Part shown: piece after piece, positions 1 to 8,039 of the stretch
How the letters are laid out: the number at the start of each line of letters is the position of its first letter
Position numbering within the stretch: the first letter of the stretch is position 1
NCBI GenBank assembly: GCA_014859065.1
Contig: JACUUU010000003.1
Location: forward strand, 1-38,302
Source of the DNA: Anaerolineales bacterium
GTDB lineage: Bacteria > Chloroflexota > Anaerolineae > Anaerolineales > UBA4823
DNA length: 38,302 nucleotides
Direction: 5' to 3'
Notes under the pieces: model-generated
Told to the model about the DNA's origin: nothing
The model's database searches: none
What the model saw: only the letters and a program-made list of their open reading frames with translations
Translations under genes and position numbers: made by a program

Positions 1-30
1 CACACTCATGTGATAATAAGGTGTGGGCAT
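1..30 (-). CDS. N-terminal fragment of a protein running off the left edge (MPTPYYHMSV...), possibly zinc-dependent phospholipase C-like family
   Basis: ATG at 30-28 lies 7 nt after TGG-TATAAT (43-38) on the minus strand. MPTPxxH resembles the start of Zn-dependent PLC-family proteins, but only 10 codons are visible. Confidence 0.4.
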   Translation of the reverse strand, partial: MPTPYYHMSV

Positions 31-85
31 GGTTGAGATTATACCAGCAAGAATATCACAACATTTAGAATGAAGGGTTTAAAAT

Positions 86-120
86 TAAAACGTAAGATCC
101 TAAGAGAACCTTACGTTTTA
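86..120 (-). terminator. Hairpin downstream of tRNA-Pro, probable intrinsic terminator
   Basis: TAAAACGTAAG (86-96) and CTTACGTTTTA (110-120) form a perfect 11-bp inverted repeat, with a U-rich tail on the minus strand. Confidence 0.65.
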
Positions 121-135
121 TCAAGAAGATTGAAT

Positions 136-211
136 TGGTCGGGGTGAGCGGACTTGAACCGCTGACCCCCGCGTCCCAAACGCGGTGCGCTACCAACTGC
201 GCCACACCCCG
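136..211 (-). tRNA. tRNA-Pro (UGG)
   Basis: The reverse complement CGGGGTGTGGCGCAGTTGGTAGCGCA-CCGCG-TTTGGGA-CGCGG-GGGTCAGCGGTTCAAGTCCGCTCACCCCGACCA folds as a cloverleaf with anticodon TGG and an encoded CCA. Confidence 0.97.
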
Positions 212-220
212 GACAACATG

Positions 221-250
221 AGTATAATGCTAACAAGATGGATACGTCAA
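221..250 (-). promoter_or_regulatory. Sigma70-type promoter for tRNA-Pro
   Basis: TTGACG (250-245), 18 nt spacer, TATACT (226-221), just upstream of the tRNA 5' end. Confidence 0.6.
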
Positions 251-282
251 GGCAAAGGCAGAAATAGTTTAGGAGGAGATTG

Positions 283-1038
283 ATGCCGGTTCATTGGTTG
301 AAAAAAAATCAAGGGATTGCAATAATCCAGGTCGACCGTCCGAAGGTAAGCAATGCACTCGATTGGGAAGCGATGCATACGTTCGCTGGTTATATTGATA
401 AAGCGTATCAAGAACCGGAATTAAAGGCACTAATCCTGACAGGAACAGGTAAAACTTTCATCGCTGGCGGTGATCTTAAAAAATTGTCCACATACAAACG
501 TGAAACAGATGGTCGCCGATTAGCCAGGATTATGTCATCAGCATTAAACCGGTTGGAAGGATTACCCTGCCTGACATTGGCTGCTGTGAATGGGCTCGCT
601 CGTGGAGGTGGCGCAGAAATCGCCCTGGCATGCGACTTCAGGATCTTATCTGAGAACTCCGATCTGGGTTTCGTACAGATCTCAATGGGGTTGTCACCAG
701 GATGGGGAGGTGGACAACGCTTGTTGCGTCTGGTAGGTTACAGCCGTGCATTAGAATGGCTGATCGAAGGGCGTATTCTTAGCGCAGATGAAGCTTTCGC
801 CTTTGGTGTGGCGAACCGATTGGCACCTACCGGAAGAGCGCTTTCCACAGCGATTGAATTTGCACGGCAATTGGCTTCTCAACCTTTAGGGGTGGTGAAT
901 GCTATCAAACGTATCCTCAGAGCTGGCTTGATTTTCCCCAAAGAAACCGCTGGCGCGATTGAAATGGAGACTTTTGTGCAATTATGGACAACGGAAGAAC
1001 ATTTCCAGGCTGTGGAAAAGTTCATTAATCGCAGTTGA
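283..1038 (+). CDS. Enoyl-CoA hydratase/isomerase (crotonase) family protein, ECHDC1-like active site
   Basis: FIAGGDL and ARGGGAEIALACDFR crotonase motifs. SD AGGAGG at 271-276. Start is ATG 283 or TTG 280. Confidence 0.9.
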   Translation: MPVHWLKKNQGIAIIQVDRPKVSNALDWEAMHTFAGYIDKAYQEPELKALILTGTGKTFIAGGDLKKLSTYKRETDGRRLARIMSSALNRLEGLPCLTLAAVNGLARGGGAEIALACDFRILSENSDLGFVQISMGLSPGWGGGQRLLRLVGYSRALEWLIEGRILSADEAFAFGVANRLAPTGRALSTAIEFARQLASQPLGVVNAIKRILRAGLIFPKETAGAIEMETFVQLWTTEEHFQAVEKFINRS

Positions 1039-1040
1039 TC

Positions 1041-1793
1041 ATGGATAAGTATCCATTGCTCTTCCACGCCCATCACTCTCAACACAATGAGGACTTGCAA
1101 TTCTGGCTTGATTTAGCCTCATCGCAGGGAAGTCCTATCCTGGAATTGGGTTGTGGTTCAGGGAGGGTATTAATCCATCTGGTTCAAGCTGGGCACCAAG
1201 TTTTGGGGCTCGACCGGGATGCCAATATGCTGACTTTCCTGAAAAAACAGTGCCCAAACAACTTCAATGATCGCCTCCACCTTATACAGGCCGATATGAC
1301 AGCATTCTGTCTGCGACAAGATTTTCCATTGATCATCTGCCCTTGCAACACTTTTTCTATGCTCTCCACTCAAGAACGTCAATCCGCATTGGAATGCAGC
1401 TGCCTTCATTTAGCATCGGCTGGTCTTTTTGTAGTAGCATTGCCAAATCCTCAGGTTTTAAAAAAGCTCCCCAGCCAACCTCAACCAGAATTAGAAGAAA
1501 TCATCACTCACCCAATCAGTGGTGACCCCATTCAGGTTAGCGCTGCTTGGAATACCAGTCCAAAAGAGCTTATTGTAGATTGGTTCTACGATCATTTAAT
1601 TCCTGATGGTCGTGTAGAAAGGACGAGAATCCAAATACGTCACGATCTATCTACACCTGAAGTCTTACTTGATGAGATAAAAAATGCCAACTTGGATCCT
1701 GTGAATATCTTCGGAGATTTCGATTATTCACAATTTTCTGAGAATTCGCCTCATATGATAATACTTGCGCAGAAGAAAAGCGGCAATCCGTGA
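1041..1793 (+). CDS. Class I SAM-dependent methyltransferase
   Basis: ILELGCGSGR motif I, GLD and QADM. ATG lies 2 nt after the upstream stop. Confidence 0.9.
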   Translation: MDKYPLLFHAHHSQHNEDLQFWLDLASSQGSPILELGCGSGRVLIHLVQAGHQVLGLDRDANMLTFLKKQCPNNFNDRLHLIQADMTAFCLRQDFPLIICPCNTFSMLSTQERQSALECSCLHLASAGLFVVALPNPQVLKKLPSQPQPELEEIITHPISGDPIQVSAAWNTSPKELIVDWFYDHLIPDGRVERTRIQIRHDLSTPEVLLDEIKNANLDPVNIFGDFDYSQFSENSPHMIILAQKKSGNP

Positions 1794-1990
1794 GTTATGT
1801 AGTATTTTAATCTTATCAACTACGTATTACCCTTATATACCTTTTATTAACAACTCCCCCCTGAATTTAATAAAACGTCTATATTGTATTATCGCTCCTC
1901 TGATATACCTTTAGTATCATATGTCAATAAACAATCTAAATCTATCTTGAATATATACCTACCTGAGTTAAAAATAAGAAGGAGATCAAA

Positions 1991-2419
1991 ATGATGACCA
2001 TGTATATTTCCCCCTATCGGCGTATGAGCAACTTACGTGAAGCGATGAACCGTCTAATGGAAGAGAATATGAACGATACGACCCCCGTGGAACGCGAAAT
2101 GCAGTTGGCTGTCGATGTGCTTGCTGAAGATGAAGCCTACACGATCAGTGCGTTAGTTCCGGGCGTAGATCCCGACGATATTAATATCGAGATTTTGAAC
2201 AACACAGTGGCTATCCGTGGTGAGTTCAAAGATGTGGAGAAAAAGGACAGCAAGTATTTGGTATGCGAATTGCCCAGCGGTCGTTTCAGTCGTGTGCTTA
2301 CCCTGCCTACAGCTTTAGACCCTGCCAAAGCTGAAGCCAACCTGAAAAATGGTTTATTCACCTTACGAGTCCCCAAAGCTGAGGCTCACCGACCTAAAGT
2401 AATCAAAATCAACAAATAA
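1991..2419 (+). CDS. Hsp20/alpha-crystallin small heat shock protein
   Basis: VDV..PGVDPDDINIEI..GRFSRVLTLP..AEANLKNGLFTLRVPK. SD AAGGAG upstream. Confidence 0.95.
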   Translation: MMTMYISPYRRMSNLREAMNRLMEENMNDTTPVEREMQLAVDVLAEDEAYTISALVPGVDPDDINIEILNNTVAIRGEFKDVEKKDSKYLVCELPSGRFSRVLTLPTALDPAKAEANLKNGLFTLRVPKAEAHRPKVIKINK

Positions 2420-2459
2420 AAATTGGATGCTCATCTAAGAATATCTGTTTATTGGTATT

Positions 2460-2493
2460 TCAGGGAAGGCTTAGGCCTTCCCTGATTTTTTTT
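2460..2493 (+). terminator. Intrinsic terminator of hsp20
   Basis: TCAGGGAAGGC-ttag-GCCTTCCCTGA followed by T8. Confidence 0.9.
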
Positions 2494-2598
2494 GACCAAA
2501 ATTCATGTGACCCATGCCTTACAGATTTTTTATATGCGATTATACTTAATCCGTGATGATTTCAAGGACCGATTGTTTGAAAAAGGGATATATATCTA

Positions 2599-3291
2599 AT
2601 GATTCCTTTACGTGACAACGTACCTTCCAAAAGGTTTCCTGTTATTACCTGGATTTTAATACTGATCAACGTATTGATTTTTATCTATACGATCAGTTTG
2701 AGACCAGAGACCCAGGAACAACTGGTATTCACATTCGGTATGGTTCCAGCTCGTCTCAATCTAGGAGAACTACAGGATTTAATTCAACAGCCGGGACAGA
2801 TGATCAGCCTTTTAACCAGCCAGTTCCTGCATGCAAATTGGTTCCACTTGATCTCGAACATGTGGATCTTGTTTATCTTTGGCGATAATGTGGAAGATTT
2901 AATGGGGAAAATGCGGTTCATATTGTTCTATTTGCTTAGTGGTGTTGCAGCTAATTTTGCACACGCTCTAGCGTTGCCAAACTCGCAAATACCAGCAGTT
3001 GGTGCCAGTGGAGCAATCGCTGGCGTGTTGGGGGCATATTTCCTGTTATTCCCCCACGCTCGAGTTCAAACTGTGTTGTTCGTTTTTATTATCCCCTGGT
3101 TTATCCAAATCCCTGCGGTATTGTATTTAGGTGTTTGGTTTATATTGCAGATTTCTCAGGGATTGATTGAAGTCAACCAGAATGTTGGCGGGGTCGCTTG
3201 GTGGGCACACGTTGGTGGGTTTGTCTTTGGATTAGCTGCTGTCCATTTTTTTGTCCGGCGGAACAGATTGTCCAGCCAATACGGAAGATGA
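2599..3291 (+). CDS. Rhomboid family intramembrane serine protease
   Basis: FLHANWFHLISNM, catalytic GASG and WAHVGG, multiple TM segments. Confidence 0.95.
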   Translation: MIPLRDNVPSKRFPVITWILILINVLIFIYTISLRPETQEQLVFTFGMVPARLNLGELQDLIQQPGQMISLLTSQFLHANWFHLISNMWILFIFGDNVEDLMGKMRFILFYLLSGVAANFAHALALPNSQIPAVGASGAIAGVLGAYFLLFPHARVQTVLFVFIIPWFIQIPAVLYLGVWFILQISQGLIEVNQNVGGVAWWAHVGGFVFGLAAVHFFVRRNRLSSQYGR

Positions 3292-3341
3292 TAAGAATCA
3301 GATTTGCAATAGTAAAAATCGAAGGTGTAGATTTTCAGTCG

Positions 3342-3380
3342 AAAAAGACCTGACGGGTTAGAAGCATGTCAGGTCTTTTT
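3342..3380. terminator. Bidirectional terminator between convergent genes
   Basis: AAAAAGACCTGAC and GTCAGGTCTTTTT form a 13-bp inverted repeat. Confidence 0.85.
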
Positions 3381-3395
3381 GAACCAAAAATGAAC

Positions 3396-4496
3396 TCAAT
3401 ACCGTAATAACGCACCGATACTACCAAAACTACTTATCCTTTCACCGTTATGCAGTACTTCAACCTCCCCTCCTTCCTGCATCACCCGCCTGACAGCCAT
3501 TTCCACTGCATCAGGGATCTGTTTGAACACATTTCCGCAGAAAGGGCACGCGTCTAACTCTTGAGAAGTTAGATAATCGCAACCCTGGCAACGGTATCCA
3601 GGAGCCCGAAATCCCTCCCGAATGATTAATGTTTGCACCCGTCCATCATGGACTGCATTCAGAGTATCCTCCAACTGGAGGACACCTCCACGCCCCTTAG
3701 CGGCTGCGTCCAAAACAGATTTGACAACCTGTGCCTCTCTACGTTTCTCTGCCTGCTGACCCAATTCTAGAGTGCGCTCTAAAACTTCGGTCTGACTGGC
3801 ACTGATGCGGATAGGGAAAGTCCCGAAAATCAGACTTTGCCAGGCTTTCGGTAACAGTGCTCGAAACGGGCTAATGTTATCTTCAGTACCTCCAACTAGA
3901 ACACGCCGGATCCGGTTATCCGCAAAAAATCTGGCAGAAAAATCAGCGGCTTCTTTCATGTTCCTCTCCGCCAACTCTTCTACATATTTGGTCTGCCCAG
4001 CGACGCCACCACGTCTTCCTGCAGCCTGCGATCCACCTCCAAGTTTTGTCCGCCTGACACTTTCCCCTTCCCACTCAGCTTGCTTTCGCAGTTCTCCCAA
4101 ATGAAAGTAAAAAAGGCGCGCGCGCTGCTTGTCCACCAAGACAACCCCATAACCACCGTGTGAATCCAATAAATCAGCCAGAGGTTTAACATAAGGCCGG
4201 TCACTCACTCGTACACGGTCGCGGAGGGGAACTGCAAAGGAATACGATCGAAAAAAATCATCCGCTTCACAGGAAAAAACCGCTCTGCCCCGTCCTGTCC
4301 ACTCATGCTCGTGATTGAAATATCGTTCTACTGAAATAGTATCGGCAGTCAAATCGATTTCTTTAAGCATGCTCCTTAAACGTAGTTTATAGGTGCCAGC
4401 ACTGCCCTCCGCCGGATCGATGTTTAAATAAACACTTAAGATCGGTGATCCTGATTGATACTCCAGCAATTCTTTTAGATCGACTTCGGTGAACAT
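3396..4496 (-). CDS. Bacterial archaeo-eukaryotic release factor family protein (baeRF; eRF1/pelota-like) with a Zn ribbon
   Basis: ILSVYLN N-terminus, VVLVDKQRARLF core, GGGSQ loop, CQGC/CPFC Zn ribbon, and C-terminal IGALLRY typical of eRF1/pelota domain 3. SD GAGGAGG. Confidence 0.85.
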   Translation of the reverse strand: MFTEVDLKELLEYQSGSPILSVYLNIDPAEGSAGTYKLRLRSMLKEIDLTADTISVERYFNHEHEWTGRGRAVFSCEADDFFRSYSFAVPLRDRVRVSDRPYVKPLADLLDSHGGYGVVLVDKQRARLFYFHLGELRKQAEWEGESVRRTKLGGGSQAAGRRGGVAGQTKYVEELAERNMKEAADFSARFFADNRIRRVLVGGTEDNISPFRALLPKAWQSLIFGTFPIRISASQTEVLERTLELGQQAEKRREAQVVKSVLDAAAKGRGGVLQLEDTLNAVHDGRVQTLIIREGFRAPGYRCQGCDYLTSQELDACPFCGNVFKQIPDAVEMAVRRVMQEGGEVEVLHNGERISSFGSIGALLRY

Positions 4497-4604
4497 CGAA
4501 ACCTCCTCTTATCGAAACTCTGAATCCAGAAAATCCAACCCCAATCAACAGGTACGTGGTAATACACAAACAAATAGTTATTTAGCTTTTACATCGTCTA
4601 TTTG

Positions 4605-5801
4605 TTAAGGACGTTTCCCCAGAACAATTTCAATCTCCAGTTCTCGCTCACCTCGAAGAACAGTGAAAACCATGGTATCACCTGGGCTTTTATAGTTGAA
4701 AAGATAACTCAAAAGTTCGCTAAATTCCCGCACCGGGATACCATCCACAGCGATGATCAAATCCTGCATACCCCTCAAACCAGCCAGGTCGGCTGGGCTT
4801 CCCGGCACCACTGAAGTCACAAAGGCGCCAGTATAATGAGACAGTCCCAGCTCCTGTTGGTCAAGCAATGTTATTTCATCACGACTGGTTGAAATACCTA
4901 GGTAAGGATAATCAAAATACCCTTCCGCTATCAATGCTGGCGCAACCCGCTTTACGATATTCGAAGGTATGGCAAAACCGATTCCCGAATTCAATGGGTC
5001 TGCCTGTTCAGTGAAATTGAAGGTACGAATAGCGCGATTGACACCAATCACTTCTCCATTCAGATTGACCAATGGCCCTCCTGAGTTACCCGGATTGATC
5101 GCCGCATCGGTCTGGATCAAGTCTCCCGCTGTAAAAATGCCACCTTCAGGGGATGTGCGCAAGGAATCCAAGGTGCGTCCTTGCCCTGAAATTATACCAA
5201 CTGTCATTGTCCCGCTGAGCCGGAATGGGTTGCCTATCGCCACAACTGTCTGCCCAATATTCATCTGTGATGAATCACCCAAAGGGATTGGGTGGAGAGC
5301 TTCAGGTTCTACGTTAACTTTGATCACCGCTAAATCCGAATCAATATCCACCCCCACAACCTCACCCCAGGCTCTCAAACCGGAGGGGAAACCGACCTCC
5401 AGATGTTCGCCATCTTCGACAACGTGATAATTGGTAACAATATGACCTTCCTCGTCGATCACAAATCCAGATCCCTCACTGCGACCGCTCTGGGTTCTCA
5501 CCAAGACGGACACAACTCCAGGATTGATCCTTTCATAGATCTCAATCAGATTATTTTCGCGAACTTCCTGATCAAGGGTTACTGGCTGAGAGGCAGATGA
5601 AGCTTCACGCGGGAAAGTCGGAGTTATCACAATATCTTCGGTAGATAGCGAGGCTGCGATTGTGTTTGTTGGTGTAGAATCGTTCGCCGCCGAGGTCAAA
5701 GACTCAAGAAAAGGGACAGCTCGACAGGAGAGTAAAGCTAAAATAGTTACCGTGAGTATTAGAATTAATACCAACAGCTTTTTCGTTCTGTTCATATTCA
5801 T
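4605..5801 (-). CDS. HtrA/DegP-like trypsin serine protease with one PDZ domain, probable lipoprotein
   Basis: Triad motifs TNYHV, SDLAV and IQTDAAINPGNSGG, C-terminal PDZ, lipobox LLSC. Confidence 0.93.
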   Translation of the reverse strand: MNMNRTKKLLVLILILTVTILALLSCRAVPFLESLTSAANDSTPTNTIAASLSTEDIVITPTFPREASSASQPVTLDQEVRENNLIEIYERINPGVVSVLVRTQSGRSEGSGFVIDEEGHIVTNYHVVEDGEHLEVGFPSGLRAWGEVVGVDIDSDLAVIKVNVEPEALHPIPLGDSSQMNIGQTVVAIGNPFRLSGTMTVGIISGQGRTLDSLRTSPEGGIFTAGDLIQTDAAINPGNSGGPLVNLNGEVIGVNRAIRTFNFTEQADPLNSGIGFAIPSNIVKRVAPALIAEGYFDYPYLGISTSRDEITLLDQQELGLSHYTGAFVTSVVPGSPADLAGLRGMQDLIIAVDGIPVREFSELLSYLFNYKSPGDTMVFTVLRGERELEIEIVLGKRP

Positions 5802-5879
5802 TTCCTTTCAAATCTACTAATAAATGAGGCTGAACCCGGAGAGTTCACTGGGTCAATACTGTGAGCAAGTAGAAAAATT

Positions 5880-6809
5880 TTAATCAGCCTGTAAAAATTC
5901 TTCAAACAAGGCTCGCTGGCGTGAAGTGAGCTTATTTGGGATGTGAACATTTACTCTCACAAATAGGTCGCCGTATTCTTTCGGTTTCTTCAAATTAGGC
6001 ATACCTCGTTTAGCGAGCCTAAATGTGCGTCCTGGTTGGGTGCCAGTTGGAATGGTTAGGACCACGTTCCCACTCAAGGTAGGCACCGTCACCTCCCCAC
6101 CTAAGACAGCTTCTTTAAGATCGATGACAACATTAGTATACAGGTCATCCCCGCGGCGCTCAAAATGCGCATCATCAGAAACCTTAACCACCAGATAAAG
6201 ATCCGCTTTGGGTTGATTTGGACCCACACTGACAGCTTCCGGTACACGAATTTTGGTACCAGTGCGTGCACCGGGGGGGATAGTCACATCTAAGCGTCTC
6301 CCATTTACTTCTATGCGGCGATCAGTACCCTGATAAGCCTCTCTAAGATTTATCGTCACTGGTTGTTCAAAGGTTTGCGGTTTTTGCTGCCGCCTGACAC
6401 TGCGTGGAGATGCACCAACTCCGGACATGTCTCCAAATATCGTGCGGAAGAAATCTGAGAAACCTCCCATACCCTCTCCCCCAAACAGGTCTCCAAGATC
6501 GCCTACTTCAACTCGAACACCCCCAGGCGCAGCTCGGGACCAATCCTCCCATTGAAATCCTCCTGGAGCCCCACGTTGCTGCCAGTTGGAATATGATTCA
6601 CCTAAACGATCGTAATGAGCCCGCTTTTCAGGGTCTCGCAATACTTGATAAGCTTCGTTAATTTCTTTGAATTTTTCTTCTGCTGTTGCATCGCCAGGAT
6701 TGCGATCCGGGTGAAACTGCAGCGCCAGCTTGCGATAAGCGCGCTTAATTTCGTCCTCGCTGGATTTGCGATCGACACCTAAGATTTTGTAGTAATCCTT
6801 ATATTCCAT
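5880..6809 (-). CDS. Class II DnaJ (CbpA-like) co-chaperone
   Basis: J domain with HPD, G/F-rich region and DnaJ C-terminal domain. No CxxCxGxG Zn finger. Confidence 0.93.
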   Translation of the reverse strand: MEYKDYYKILGVDRKSSEDEIKRAYRKLALQFHPDRNPGDATAEEKFKEINEAYQVLRDPEKRAHYDRLGESYSNWQQRGAPGGFQWEDWSRAAPGGVRVEVGDLGDLFGGEGMGGFSDFFRTIFGDMSGVGASPRSVRRQQKPQTFEQPVTINLREAYQGTDRRIEVNGRRLDVTIPPGARTGTKIRVPEAVSVGPNQPKADLYLVVKVSDDAHFERRGDDLYTNVVIDLKEAVLGGEVTVPTLSGNVVLTIPTGTQPGRTFRLAKRGMPNLKKPKEYGDLFVRVNVHIPNKLTSRQRALFEEFLQAD

Positions 6810-6877
6810 AAGAGCCTAATCTCATTATATTTCTTCCCCTTGCATACTGCGTTTACAATGGGATACGCGCCTCTTTT

Positions 6878-6907
6878 ATTCTATGCGCAACCAACACTGA
6901 ACGTCAA
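6878..6907 (-). promoter_or_regulatory. Candidate sigma70 promoter for the J protein/HtrA/baeRF genes
   Basis: TTGACG (6907-6902), 18 nt spacer, TAGAAT (6883-6878). Confidence 0.45.
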
Positions 6908-7020
6908 GAAGCAAAATGGTAATCTTATATGATTCTAACGCATCTCGGCAACCTTACAAGGATGTTGGGTGAATTGCTGTGTTCTACCTCTTTTTCATTA
7001 TCCATGCTATGATATAACTC

Positions 7021-7968
7021 ATGCCTCCCAGCAACTATCGCATCCTCCTGGTGGAGCTGGATCATAATGTTGGGAACCTGCTTCAACGACAGATTCTCGA
7101 ACCTCTTGGATATCAAATGACCAGGGTCGAAAGTGTCGCAGATGCGATGAGTAAAATATCCAGTTTTTCACCTGATTTAATAATTACAAACCTGAGCCTA
7201 CCAGGTTTAAGTGGAAACGATCTGTTGGTTGCTCTTACCTCTCAGGGAATTGACATCCCCGTTGTCGTGATGGCAAGAAAAGGCATGGAGAACAATATCA
7301 TTCGAGCTTTCCGACTGGGAGCATGTGACTACTTGAGCTTACCTCTGCGCGAGACTGAGGTGGTAACAGTAACAAAGCGGGTACTCAACCAGAGAAAGGC
7401 ACAAGACGCGCGTGACCAGCTAATTAGCGAATTTAAACAGACCAACCTGGTATTGCAACATAGACTGGATCGATTGACTGCAACCCTCTCACTCCCAAAA
7501 GCTAGTGCCCTTGTCTCCGACCTTAAAGGGCTATATAAAAGAATCCTTGAGGTAGCTCTGCAGGCAACCGAGACGCAACGCGGGTGGATATTGATGCGCC
7601 AAGGTAGAGAGAATACATTCATCGTGGCTGCCCACGAAAATAGCTCCGATGATCCCAATTCTGAAGAACTTCTGTGGGAGCACAGCACAAACCAATTGGC
7701 AACGATTGCAGCTGAATCTCAGTCCATGGATAGCGAAAAACCGCAAGTATTCGAACTACCTTCTCCAGGCGGATCATCCCTTGTGGGTGCCATACAATCT
7801 CATAATACACTAATCGGATTCCTGGTCGTGATGCGCGGTGATCCTACTCCATTTAATTCATTCGAGCAATCTCTATTGGAAGCGATCGTAAATTTTGCCG
7901 CCTGCTCGATCACCAAGTTTAGGCTAATTCAGGCAGTTTACAAACCAAATCATAATCGACGTAAATGA
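7021..7968 (+). CDS. Receiver (degenerate)-coiled coil-GAF protein with no output domain
   Basis: REC fold (RILLVE..PDLIITNLSLPGLSG..GACDYL) followed by a GAF-like C-terminus (LIGFLVV..PFNSFEQSLLEAIVNFAA). Confidence 0.8.
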   Translation: MPPSNYRILLVELDHNVGNLLQRQILEPLGYQMTRVESVADAMSKISSFSPDLIITNLSLPGLSGNDLLVALTSQGIDIPVVVMARKGMENNIIRAFRLGACDYLSLPLRETEVVTVTKRVLNQRKAQDARDQLISEFKQTNLVLQHRLDRLTATLSLPKASALVSDLKGLYKRILEVALQATETQRGWILMRQGRENTFIVAAHENSSDDPNSEELLWEHSTNQLATIAAESQSMDSEKPQVFELPSPGGSSLVGAIQSHNTLIGFLVVMRGDPTPFNSFEQSLLEAIVNFAACSITKFRLIQAVYKPNHNRRK

Positions 7969-8039
7969 GCGTGTAATTCCCATACGTTGTATGCACTAAT
8001 GATCAACTGAGCAATAATTTCAACTCAATTTCCACTGGT

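Noticed and set aside
1794-1990. CIRCE or HAIR operator upstream of hsp20
   Set aside because: No TTAGCACTC-N9-GAGTGCTAA, and only a weak half-match to CTTGAGT-N7-ACTCAAG.
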